Shown here: positions 55,628 through 64,000 of the stretch, piece by piece
Layout: each line of letters starts with the position of its first letter
Numbering within the stretch: position 1 is the stretch's first letter
Assembly (NCBI GenBank): GCA_965223545.1
Contig: OZ245006.1
Location: 301,954-365,953 of the forward strand
DNA length: 64,000 bases
Direction of reading: 5' to 3'
Origin: Planctomycetota bacterium
GTDB lineage: Bacteria > Planctomycetota > UBA1135 > UBA2386
Notes under the pieces: model-generated
Databases searched by the model: none
Seen by the model: the letters and a program-made list of their open reading frames with translations, nothing else
Told to the model about the DNA's origin: nothing
Program-made: the position numbers and the translations under genes

Positions 55628-58294
55628 TCACAGGGGGCGGAACACGATGCGCACGTGGTCGACGACCGCGGTGGTCGACAGTGCGCGGTCGAACAGCAGC
55701 AAGAAGCGAATCATCACCGCGCCGTCGGTGTGCACCGATGCCTGGCCCGCGGCGTGGTCGCCGACGTAGCGACGCCAGGGCTTGATGCTGTCGGGATCGA
55801 CCTGGCCGAGCGCGTCGACACCGGCACCCTGCGCGTAGAAGCGCACCGGCTGACCCTGTCCGGCCAACATGCCGACCGCGGGGTCGTCGCTGTAGGTCAC
55901 CACCGGCGCACCCGGCGATGGGATCAGGTCCATCTCGTAGCGCTCGAAGATCGGCGGGAACACCTGCAGGGTCGGGGTCCAGATGGAGACCGCACCGACC
56001 AACGAGTCCTCCGCCGTCAGCGGGGCCACGGTGATGGACGGTGTGATGACTTGACCTTGCGGACCTAGCGCCATGGGCTCGGTTTCCTTCAACAGGGTCA
56101 GTGCCGGTGTCTGGGTCGTCTCCAGCCGGAGGAAGCCATGGCTGGCGTCTCCGCCCTTGGACTGCATGTTCCAGTTGGTCGGAATGCCGAACGACGAACC
56201 GCCGAGGCCGCCGGCGATCGAGATCTTGCCGGTCTGCAGGACCGAGGATGCGACTTGCAGCAGGACGCTGCCGCCGGCACCCGCGCCTCCCGGCACCCCG
56301 AAGTTGTTGGCGCTGAAACTCGGCGCGTCCCCCGTGCTCCCGCCGGAGGCATCGATCACGCCATCCAGCCCGAGCTCGAAGTCACGGCCGATGCGCAAAC
56401 CGAGCGCACCGCCGCCACCGGCGCCGCCGCCACCGGACCGCCAGCGAATCTGCGTGCTGCCGGGCTGCGACACCGACAGGAACGGGTGCGACCCCGCGCC
56501 GCCGCCGCCGGCACCGCCGATCAGCATGTGATCCCACGCGTCGACGCCGGCGGGAATCGGCAGCAGGTCGAACTGGGTCCCCGCGTCTGCCGGCGGGCCA
56601 GCCTCTGCCGGCGCGCCCGTCGGCGTGACCAGCACCTCGCCCTCACTGCCCGCGACGGCAAAGCCAGCGCCACCACCACCGGCCGCGACTTGCCCGGAGA
56701 ACTGTCCCAGGACCTGCGTCATGTCGACGTCGCTGTCCAAGCCGGTCGCCGGGAACTGGCCGGAGCCGCGACCGGCCGAGTTGCGCGCCCGCGTCGCATA
56801 GGCGTGCCCCGCCGGCACCTGTGCATCCTGACCGTTGCGGCCGTTGAACCGGGGCTGGTTGCCCTGGCCATCGCCCATGTCGGCACCGTCGCCACCCGCG
56901 GCGGAACCCGCCGCGCCGCCGCTGCTGCCGCCGACCGCACCGGCCTGCCCGACCGGGTCGTTGCCGTCCGGCGCCATCAAGCTGCCCCCGGCGAGGTCGA
57001 GGATGCCGTCGACCTTCATCAGGCCGCGCACGAAGATCCGCGCCGGGTTGCTTCCCACGAAGCGCACCCGCACGCCCTTGGTCAGCACGAACTTGCTGAA
57101 CCGGAACACACCGTCGGTGACGACTTCGTCGTTCCCGCTGAGGGTGTGCGAGCGGACGCCGGCGAAGTTGTGGGTGCGCGGAATCAGCTGATTGTCGGTG
57201 TTCCACTCCCACACGTTGGGCTCGACCTCGACGCCCAGCTCGGGGGCGAACACTCCGTGCGCGCCGTCCCAGCCGATGTCACCGGCCATCGCAACACCAC
57301 CGCCCCACGCCCCGGAGGACGAGTCGAACTCCATGCCGAGACTGTTCTGGAACGACTCGTGCAGCGTCACCGCTGGCTGTGGAGTTGGCCGGGTGGTGAA
57401 CTGGAAGCGTTGGCCCGGCGACGGAGTGCCGGCGAGATCCTCGACGCGCGCGGTGACCTCGACGTGGATGCAGACGCCGCTCGGTGCCGTCTGCGCCGGC
57501 ACGAAGGTCGCGGTCGTCAGCTGGCGCACCAAGTCGTCGCGCAGATCCCAGGTGCCCAACAGCTCCTGCGGAACGAACGCCGGATCGCACTCGGTGCCGC
57601 CGCCCGCCGCCGGCCGCTGGCGCTGGACGCGCACGACGATCGGCTGGTTGGCGGCCGTCGAGGTGAGGAACGGCGCGTGGGTGATGAACTCGCTGAACTC
57701 GAGCACGATCTGCGCATTCGGCGCGAACGGACCGTTCCCGGCCGGCGAGATCATGTCCGCCTGCGGCGGCGCCTCGTCGAGGTCGAGCACGCCGCGCGAC
57801 ACGGTCAGCGCGCACTGGTACGGCGCGGCGAGCTCGTCGCCGGACACCGAACGCAGCACGGAAGGCTGCGACGCGCCCGCCGGCAGCGATAGCAAGTAGG
57901 TCTCGCCGGCGCGGAAGCCGAAGAAGCTCGTGGCGCCGACCGACAGCACCTCGGGCAAGAAGGTGACCACCGAACCCGACACCAAGAAGGTGCCCACCGG
58001 CTCTTCACCGGCGGCCGTGCGCAGCGACACCGTCGACGAGTTGACCGTCGCGGGATCCACGTCCTGGTTGAAGGTGAAGATCAGCGGTTGGTTCTGCGCG
58101 ATCTGGTTGATGCTGCAGCCCGCGGTCGTGCAGCCCAGGTTGCAGGAAGCCAGGCACAGGGCCTCGCTCTGCGGAACTCCCGTGGCGCAGCTCGGCACTA
58201 CCGGTCCCGGGTCGGTGGCGGAACCGCCGGAGCAGGCGGCCAGCGCCAAGAGACACGGAATCGACAAGAGTACGGAGCGGCTCAGCATGGGCAC
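55628..58294 (-). CDS. Large surface lipoprotein (888 aa), paralog of 52984-55566
   Basis: Lipobox LALAAC. Cysteine cluster CLASCNLGCTTAGCS. Shared blocks with its neighbour include RVRFVGSNPARIFVRG, AGHAYATRA, FDLLPIPAG and WRRYVG. Confidence 0.7.
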   Translation of the reverse strand: MPMLSRSVLLSIPCLLALAACSGGSATDPGPVVPSCATGVPQSEALCLASCNLGCTTAGCSINQIAQNQPLIFTFNQDVDPATVNSSTVSLRTAAGEEPVGTFLVSGSVVTFLPEVLSVGATSFFGFRAGETYLLSLPAGASQPSVLRSVSGDELAAPYQCALTVSRGVLDLDEAPPQADMISPAGNGPFAPNAQIVLEFSEFITHAPFLTSTAANQPIVVRVQRQRPAAGGGTECDPAFVPQELLGTWDLRDDLVRQLTTATFVPAQTAPSGVCIHVEVTARVEDLAGTPSPGQRFQFTTRPTPQPAVTLHESFQNSLGMEFDSSSGAWGGGVAMAGDIGWDGAHGVFAPELGVEVEPNVWEWNTDNQLIPRTHNFAGVRSHTLSGNDEVVTDGVFRFSKFVLTKGVRVRFVGSNPARIFVRGLMKVDGILDLAGGSLMAPDGNDPVGQAGAVGGSSGGAAGSAAGGDGADMGDGQGNQPRFNGRNGQDAQVPAGHAYATRARNSAGRGSGQFPATGLDSDVDMTQVLGQFSGQVAAGGGGAGFAVAGSEGEVLVTPTGAPAEAGPPADAGTQFDLLPIPAGVDAWDHMLIGGAGGGGAGSHPFLSVSQPGSTQIRWRSGGGGAGGGGALGLRIGRDFELGLDGVIDASGGSTGDAPSFSANNFGVPGGAGAGGSVLLQVASSVLQTGKISIAGGLGGSSFGIPTNWNMQSKGGDASHGFLRLETTQTPALTLLKETEPMALGPQGQVITPSITVAPLTAEDSLVGAVSIWTPTLQVFPPIFERYEMDLIPSPGAPVVTYSDDPAVGMLAGQGQPVRFYAQGAGVDALGQVDPDSIKPWRRYVGDHAAGQASVHTDGAVMIRFLLLFDRALSTTAVVDHVRIVFRPL

Positions 58295-58687
58295 CCCTCG
58301 GTGACCGGGAACAGAGTCGAAAACACGGAAGGGCCGGACCCGATCGGGGCTGCCGGGGGGCGGCCAAGGGCACTCATAAACATACCAAAACCAGGAGGAT
58401 ATGGCGGTGGATTCACCGCGTGGGCAGCATCGCCCCGCAGCATCGCACCAAACACCATACCAGCGGAGCGCAAGCCGACCACGCGGGGCTGTGGGCCGGT
58501 GAGCCTAACCGCTGTTCGCAACGGTCCCCAGCTGGATCCGCGCGGCCTTGGGCAGTTTTTCGCCACCCCCGACGGACCGGGCGAACGCCCCCGCGCGCCG
58601 CCCGTGGTGAGCGTTATCCCACGCCCAACTGTTCGACAACGAACGCCACGGTGACCGCCCGCAATCGCGGTGCTAGTCTGCGGCGCC

Positions 58688-59734
58688 ATGGCCACCGCCG
58701 ATCCGTCCAGCTCCCCGCCGCCACCCGGCCGCGCCGCCCATCCCGCGCTGATCGGGTTGTCGGTGATCACCCTCGGTTGCGTCGCCTACGGGCTCTACTC
58801 GAGTCAGCGGCGTCACGACCAGCTCGAGGACCGGCTCGCGGAGGTGCGTGCAGCGGTCGAGAAGCAGGCCGCCGGCCTGCAGCTGCTGCGCTTCGAGAGC
58901 CGCAGCAAGAAAGGCCTCGGGATGGAGGCACTGTGCGATCAACTCGCGTTCTGGGGGGAACAGTACGACCACGCGTCCACCCCTCAGGTCGAGCGCCCGG
59001 CGATCCAGGAGCGCCTCGACGGCGTCCTCGAGGCGATGGAGTTCATCGGCGGGGAGCGCGCCGTCGCCGAGCTCGAGCGTCGCTTCGTCGCGCTCGATGC
59101 CGAACGGGAGGCCGCGGTGCGCGAGTGGGTCCTGCGCGCACTGGCTCATCTGAACACCGAACGCAGCCGCGAGGTCCTGGCGACCGTCGCCCGCGGGCTC
59201 GAGTTCCGCACCACTCCGGCGATCCGCCTGTTCGCCGCCAAGGAGCTGCTGCGCTTGGCGCCGGACCGGGGCGCAGAAGTGGTGCGCGACATCCTGCGCC
59301 TGGAGAGCGCGCATGGGCTCGACATCCAGCGCGTGCCGGTCGACCAGCGGCCGTTGTACGAGCGCCACATCGACAACTTCCCCGCCAACCGCGCCTTCTA
59401 CAACTACGTCGACCTCTTCGCCAGCTCGGGGAGCGACGATCGGGAGAGCGAGCTCTTGATGCTTCTGGGTCGGTACCGCGAGCACGATCTGCTCACCACC
59501 CAGCAAGCCGTGAAATCGCTGGCGGCGCTCGGCTCGCGGCAGGCGTCCGACACCATCAAACAGCTGTTCGAACGGCCACCCGACAGCTTCAACCCGCTGT
59601 TCCGCAACCACTGCCTCGACGCGCTGGCGGCGATTCTCGCCGACGACGCCCACCCCTACTTTCGCGAGGCACTGGCCAAGGAGCGCAACGAGCTGGTGCG
59701 CGCCAAGCTGAACGACCTGCTCGGCAGCGGCTGA
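58688..59734 (+). CDS. Membrane-anchored HEAT-like repeat hypothetical protein
   Basis: N-terminal TM helix (LIGLSVITLGCVAYGLY) followed by a helical repeat region. Confidence 0.5.
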   Translation: MATADPSSSPPPPGRAAHPALIGLSVITLGCVAYGLYSSQRRHDQLEDRLAEVRAAVEKQAAGLQLLRFESRSKKGLGMEALCDQLAFWGEQYDHASTPQVERPAIQERLDGVLEAMEFIGGERAVAELERRFVALDAEREAAVREWVLRALAHLNTERSREVLATVARGLEFRTTPAIRLFAAKELLRLAPDRGAEVVRDILRLESAHGLDIQRVPVDQRPLYERHIDNFPANRAFYNYVDLFASSGSDDRESELLMLLGRYREHDLLTTQQAVKSLAALGSRQASDTIKQLFERPPDSFNPLFRNHCLDALAAILADDAHPYFREALAKERNELVRAKLNDLLGSG

Positions 59735-59751
59735 GGGCCGGGCTGGCGGGC

Positions 59752-61587
59752 TCAGTCGCGTGGCGCTGCCGCCAGCCCCTGCAGCGCGGCCAGAACCGCG
59801 GGCTCGAACGGCGCCTGCTGCGCGGCGCGACGGACGTCGGCCGCGGCGGCGGCTGGCTGACCCGCGGCGCGGTGGGCGTCGGCGCGGTCGAGCAACACGG
59901 TCCAGTGATCCAGTCCCAACGACACGCTCTCGTCCAGCAGCTCCACCGCCAGGTCGGGGCGCCCCTGGAGACGGCGCGCGTGCGCCGCGGTGCGGTAGAC
60001 CAGGCCCTTGGGCGCCTCGAACTCGTGCACTGACAGGGCCGCCGCCACCGCCTGATCGTAGCCGGCCGGGTCGCCGGTGCGGCGCGCCGCGGCCGCCAGC
60101 GCCCGGCTGAGGAGGAGGCGGAAGAACGGGTTGTTCGCCCCGCGCTCCACCAGCCAGCGCGCGTGCGCCAGGGCTACCACCGGATCGCCGCGCTCGCCGA
60201 GCTGCAGATTCAGCTCGGCGATGCTGCGCCGCGCGGAGACGTAGTCGGGGTAGCGCGCCACCGCGGCGCGCATGTGGCGGAGCGCCGGCTCCAGCGCGCC
60301 CGCCCGCATCGCCAGCGCACCGAGGCTGTAGTGCGCCCGGTAGGACTCCGGCGCGAGCACCAGCGCGCGGCGCCAGAGCTCGCACTCGTCCCGATAGGCG
60401 GCACTGCGCTCGAACGCCACCGCGCCGAAGCCGAGCGCGAAGCTGGCCGGAATCGCCACGGCAACGGCCCTGAGCCAACCGCGGTCGGCGCGCCGCGGCA
60501 GCGCGGCGCCCGCCGCCAGCGCGGCGCCGGCGACCAGGCCGTACATGCGATGCTCGCTGAGCGGCACGTTGAGCGGCACCACGATCCACGGCAGCGACGT
60601 CAGCCAAGCGAGCGCGGTGGCCGCGAACAGCACCGGCCGCCGCGCGGGTCGCGCCAGCCCCCACGCCGTGAGCCCGCCGATCAGAACGACGCCGAACAGG
60701 ACCGTCGCGGACGCCGGGCCGCGCACGAACTCGACCGCTGGATCGAGAGTCAGCGCGTTCGGCCAAACCAGCTGTGCCAAGTAGCCGGGCAGCGCGCTCG
60801 CCATCGTGCACAGCTGCGTCAGCAGATCGCGGCCGGCACCGGTCAGCGGGTCGGCCCCACCGACCACGACGACGCGGGGCAGGGTCGCGGCGCCGAACAG
60901 GGCGCGACGGATCAGCAGATAGCCCACCGCGACGGCCACCACCGGCAGCAGCCGCACCACCACCGCCCGCGGCCGCAGCGCTCCGGACTGCCGCCAATGC
61001 ACCAGCTCCAGCGCCACGACGAGCGCCGGCAGGACCACCCCGGTCTCCTTCGCGCCGCACGCGATCACCCCACACAGTGCCACCACCCAGGGCCAGCCGC
61101 GCCCCCGCGCCTGGGCGTACAGATGGGCGTGCAGACCGGCCAGCAGCGCGACCAGAAGCAGGCCCTCGCTGCGCGCCGAGATCATGTTGACGGTCTCCGA
61201 TACCAGCGGATGCACGGCGAACAGGAGGCCCGCTGCGGCAGCCGCCCACCGACCCAGCCCGAGGCGCCGGCCAAGCCCGGCCAGCAGCAGGGCCGCGGCC
61301 GCGTGCAGGAGTACGTTGGTCAGCTTGAACATCCAGACCGCACCGCCGGCGATGGCGTGGTCCACCGCGAACGTGGTGAGCAGCACCGGCCGGTACATGC
61401 GGTTGTCGAGCGAGCTGAACAGCGTCACGTCGGTGAAGAACGCGGGCACGTTGGCGAGCGACCACAGCGCGGTGTTCTCCGCCACCGAGTGGTGGTCGTC
61501 GTAGACGAACGCCCCACCGAGGGCCACGCCGTACGCACCGAACGCGCCCACCAACACCAGGATCCACGGCAACCCAATGCGCTTCAT
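59752..61587 (-). CDS. GT-C-fold membrane glycosyltransferase-like protein with a C-terminal TPR domain (PMT/TMTC/ArnT-like architecture)
   Basis: About 11 TM helices. DD motif in the first extracytoplasmic loop (GAFVYDDHHSV). TPR-like helical repeats at the C-terminus. The ATG start overlaps the upstream stop as ATGA. Confidence 0.6.
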   Translation of the reverse strand: MKRIGLPWILVLVGAFGAYGVALGGAFVYDDHHSVAENTALWSLANVPAFFTDVTLFSSLDNRMYRPVLLTTFAVDHAIAGGAVWMFKLTNVLLHAAAALLLAGLGRRLGLGRWAAAAAGLLFAVHPLVSETVNMISARSEGLLLVALLAGLHAHLYAQARGRGWPWVVALCGVIACGAKETGVVLPALVVALELVHWRQSGALRPRAVVVRLLPVVAVAVGYLLIRRALFGAATLPRVVVVGGADPLTGAGRDLLTQLCTMASALPGYLAQLVWPNALTLDPAVEFVRGPASATVLFGVVLIGGLTAWGLARPARRPVLFAATALAWLTSLPWIVVPLNVPLSEHRMYGLVAGAALAAGAALPRRADRGWLRAVAVAIPASFALGFGAVAFERSAAYRDECELWRRALVLAPESYRAHYSLGALAMRAGALEPALRHMRAAVARYPDYVSARRSIAELNLQLGERGDPVVALAHARWLVERGANNPFFRLLLSRALAAAARRTGDPAGYDQAVAAALSVHEFEAPKGLVYRTAAHARRLQGRPDLAVELLDESVSLGLDHWTVLLDRADAHRAAGQPAAAAADVRRAAQQAPFEPAVLAALQGLAAAPRD

Positions 61588-62792
61588 CGCGACGCCGCCC
61601 CCGACGCGATCACGCTCTCCCCGCGCGGGCGAGGTCCCGCAGCGCTCGGTCCCGGAAGCGAAGCGGTCTCGATGCCGGCCTGTGCCAGTGCGAGCCGCAG
61701 CGAGGCGGCAACCGCGCCGCTGGAAAAGCGCCGGTCGTAGGCGGGCCGGGCCGCGGCGGCCCGCGCCGCCAAACCCTCTGCATCGTCGCGCGCCGCCCCG
61801 AGCGCGCGGCCGATCGCCGCCGGATCGCCGGGTGGCACGAGCAGCGCCGCCGCGGCCGCGGCTCGTCGCACGGGTGGCGCGTCGACAGTCAGCACCGGAC
61901 GCCCCGCGGCCAGCGCGTGCATCACCTTGAACGGCACTACGCGCGACGCCTTGGCCGAGGCGCCGAACACGCCACACACCAGATGGGCCGCCGCGATCGC
62001 GCTGTCGAGATCGGGACGGTCGACGAACACCGGGCCGAGGCGCACTCCACCGTGGGCCGCGGCACGGCGCCGGTCTTCTTCGCCACCGCCGATCAACGTC
62101 AGCTCGACGCCGGAGGCCCCCACGGCGGCGTCCAGCAGGTGCCGCAGGCCGTGCAGCGGAACGCCGGTGCCGAAGAACAGCGCGCGCAGCGGCGCGCCGG
62201 CGCGCGGCGGCTCGAACCGCGGCGCTTCCGCCGGCGCCCACGGATCGGACACCGGTACCCATGAGAACCGCTCGCCGCCGACACCGACGATCTCGGCGAC
62301 CGCCTGCGCGTGCTCGGGGGTGTCGAGCAAGACGACGTCCGCGGCGCGGCAGGCGCGGCGGTCCAGCGCGCTGAACACCGCGCCTGCCGCCCGCCCGGCA
62401 CCGAGCAGCTGCCGGTCGCCGACCACGGTGTCGTAGGCGGACAAGAACAGGTCGAGTACGATCGGACCGTCGAAGCAGCGCCGCAGCCATGGTGCGACCA
62501 GGTGGCCCGGGTAGGGGATCAAGACGACGTCCGGGCGGTGGGCGGCCAGCGCGGCGCGCACCTGGCGCCGAGTTCCGCTGCCCGACGCCAGAACGCGCGG
62601 CACCGCGCGCGCCATCGCCCCCCACGAGGACAGAGCCCGTCGCTTGGCAGCGCCGGCGAACGGCGTCGGCAGCCGACACTCCACGACGTCGAGCGGCAGC
62701 GCGCGCAAGCCCGCCAGCAACGCGGCGGGCCGGGGGTAGCCGGGACCGGTATCCCAGCAACCACAGACCATGATCTTGGCCACGGACCTCAC
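61584..62792 (-). CDS. Glycosyltransferase, GT4 (GT-B fold) family
   Basis: GT-B pattern: N-terminal domain, then C-terminal motifs LIGGGEE and VVPFKVMHALAAGRPVL. Both its start and stop overlap neighbouring genes by 4 bp. Confidence 0.65.
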   Translation of the reverse strand: MRSVAKIMVCGCWDTGPGYPRPAALLAGLRALPLDVVECRLPTPFAGAAKRRALSSWGAMARAVPRVLASGSGTRRQVRAALAAHRPDVVLIPYPGHLVAPWLRRCFDGPIVLDLFLSAYDTVVGDRQLLGAGRAAGAVFSALDRRACRAADVVLLDTPEHAQAVAEIVGVGGERFSWVPVSDPWAPAEAPRFEPPRAGAPLRALFFGTGVPLHGLRHLLDAAVGASGVELTLIGGGEEDRRRAAAHGGVRLGPVFVDRPDLDSAIAAAHLVCGVFGASAKASRVVPFKVMHALAAGRPVLTVDAPPVRRAAAAAALLVPPGDPAAIGRALGAARDDAEGLAARAAAARPAYDRRFSSGAVAASLRLALAQAGIETASLPGPSAAGPRPRGESVIASGAASR

Positions 62793-63784
62793 TCGCGGCT
62801 ACTGCGCTCCATGCGCAGCGCGGCGACCTGCTCCGAGATCAAGCCCAGGCCGAAGATGACGGTCGCCTGCGTCAGCAGGAACACGGCCATGTTGGTGAAC
62901 CGGCTCTGGCTGAAGTAGGTGTAGCCGTACCACGCCAAGCCCATTGCGGCGAACGCCAGCGCCAGCGGCCCGAACACCCGCAGGGGAGCGAAGAACGTGG
63001 CGATCCGCATGATGATCAACAGGAACCGGCTGCCATCCCGCAGCAGGCGGATGTGGCTCTTGCCCTGCCGGCGGCGCACGACGATGTCGCAGAAACCGAC
63101 GGCGTAACCGCCGCGCAGCATGGCGAGCGTGATCGTCGTCGGGTAGCTGAACGTGTTGGGCAGCAGATAGGCGTAGCTCTTGGCGACTTCCGCCCGCATC
63201 AGCCGGTAGCCACTGGTGAGGTCCGGGATCGGCCGGCTGGTGACGTAGCTCGCCAGCCCGTTGTAGACCTTGTTGGCCAGGTTGCGGTGCCAGTCACCCC
63301 CACTGCCGCCGCGCGAGCCGACGACCATGTCGTGGTCCGCCGCCATCCGCAGCATGCCGGGGATGTGCTCCGGCGGGTGCTGGCCGTCGCCGTCGAGCAG
63401 GAGGATCCACTCGGCGGTCGCCGCCCGAATGCCGCGCTTCACCGCGGCACCGTTCCCCAGGCTGCGCGGGTGCCGGAGCACGCGCGCGCCGCAGCGCCGG
63501 CCGATCTCGGCGGTGTCGTCCTCGCTGCCGTCATCGATCAGCAGCAGCTCGTAGCGCAGGCCCGTCTGCGCGCGCAGCACCGTCTGCAGCTCCACCAGGA
63601 GGGCGTCCAGGCCGGCGGCCTCGTTCTTCGCCGGGATCACCACCGACAGCGACCGCACCGCCGCCTCCGGGGCGGGCGCGCCGTCGGACACCCGCTCCGG
63701 CAGGTCGCCGGTCGCCATCAGAGTCGCGACCTGCGCGCGGCCCTCGGTTGCCGAAACGATCATGCCATCGGGCCTATCGACCAC
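62789..63784 (-). CDS. GT2 polyprenol-phosphate glycosyltransferase (DPM1/ArnC/GtrB-like) with C-terminal TM helices
   Basis: Motifs SVVIPAKNEA and LLLIDDGSED (DXD). C-terminal hydrophobic helices are typical of GtrB/ArnC. Confidence 0.75.
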   Translation of the reverse strand: MVDRPDGMIVSATEGRAQVATLMATGDLPERVSDGAPAPEAAVRSLSVVIPAKNEAAGLDALLVELQTVLRAQTGLRYELLLIDDGSEDDTAEIGRRCGARVLRHPRSLGNGAAVKRGIRAATAEWILLLDGDGQHPPEHIPGMLRMAADHDMVVGSRGGSGGDWHRNLANKVYNGLASYVTSRPIPDLTSGYRLMRAEVAKSYAYLLPNTFSYPTTITLAMLRGGYAVGFCDIVVRRRQGKSHIRLLRDGSRFLLIIMRIATFFAPLRVFGPLALAFAAMGLAWYGYTYFSQSRFTNMAVFLLTQATVIFGLGLISEQVAALRMERSSRE

Positions 63785-63819
63785 CGCCGGCAGCCGACTT
63801 GATGGCGGTTAAGCGGCAA

Positions 63820-63852
63820 GAAGCCGCCCCTCGTTGCCGAGGGAGCGGCTTC
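63820..63852 (-). terminator. Strong GC hairpin (gaagccgcccctcg-ttgc-cgagggagcggcttc) downstream of the partial minus-strand gene and upstream of the GT operon
   Basis: About 13-bp stem with one bulge, seen directly. It is followed on the minus strand by a T-containing stretch. Confidence 0.4.
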
Positions 63853-63884
63853 CGGCCGTTGCCCCAGAGGGACGGTGCGTCGAT

Positions 63885-64000
63885 CAGTTGACGACGACCC
63901 AGCGCTGGTTGTCCAGGCCGGTGGAGTTGGCGGCGTTGGTGCTGCCCATGTTCGCGCTGGTGATGCCAGTCAGGAACGCGGCGGTCACGGCCGGAGTGGT
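63885..64000 (-). CDS. 3' end of a minus-strand gene running off the window; C-terminus ...STGLDNQRWVVVN
   Basis: Clean high-GC3 reading frame ending in TGA at about 63885. The QxW motif hints at a ricin-B-like lectin, but this is weak. Confidence 0.35.

Noticed and set aside
58395-58500. Short ORF with an upstream AGGAGG in the lower-GC divergent region upstream of the second lipoprotein
   Set aside because: Ribosome-binding-site spacing is only 2 nt and the peptide is Arg/Pro-rich low-complexity. This is more likely a promoter or leader region for the lipoprotein gene.
58673-61567. 964-aa minus-strand ORF overlapping the HEAT-like and GT-C/TPR genes
   Set aside because: It sits in a different frame from the TM/TPR protein and is extremely Arg/Gly/Ala-rich. 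It overlaps a convergent plus-strand gene.

Overview
This is a 64 kb window of very high-GC DNA (about 70%+ by eye), densely coding on both strands. The gene content looks like a myxobacterium-like deltaproteobacterium, though that is an inference. I support about 49 protein-coding genes and found no rRNA, tRNA or CRISPR array. Housekeeping genes include gnd, prfC, rpmB (L28), lgt, moaA, cutA, a Sir2/CobB sirtuin, a ComM/YifB ATPase and a flotillin/NfeD pair. Accessory content includes a single-module NRPS (C-A-PCP-TE), an ECF sigma factor fused in-frame to a transmembrane and Ig-like/carboxypeptidase-regulatory-like extracytoplasmic region, a 14-blade Kelch propeller protein, two tandem paralogous ~870-aa glycine-rich lipoproteins, a GT2-GT4-GT-C/TPR glycosylation operon, a polyprenyl synthase/UbiA pair, two SGNH hydrolases beside orphan family-5 solute-binding proteins, and a DHH phosphoesterase-metallophosphoesterase-CutA operon. 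The strongest candidate for something new is a 1.37 kb lower-GC insertion carrying an AAA+ (DUF4143) ATPase gene. It sits between an exact 31-bp direct repeat that regenerates the overlapping 3' ends of the convergent NRPS and PQQ-propeller genes. It contains a hairpin element whose second copy lies in a palindrome-rich intergenic region near 47.4 kb. A second anomalous lower-GC gene, a parallel beta-helix protein at 27.1-29.0 kb, sits next to a radical-SAM gene. All functions are assigned by eye from motifs. Start codons are often GTG/TTG and approximate, and a few coordinates may be off by 1 nt.
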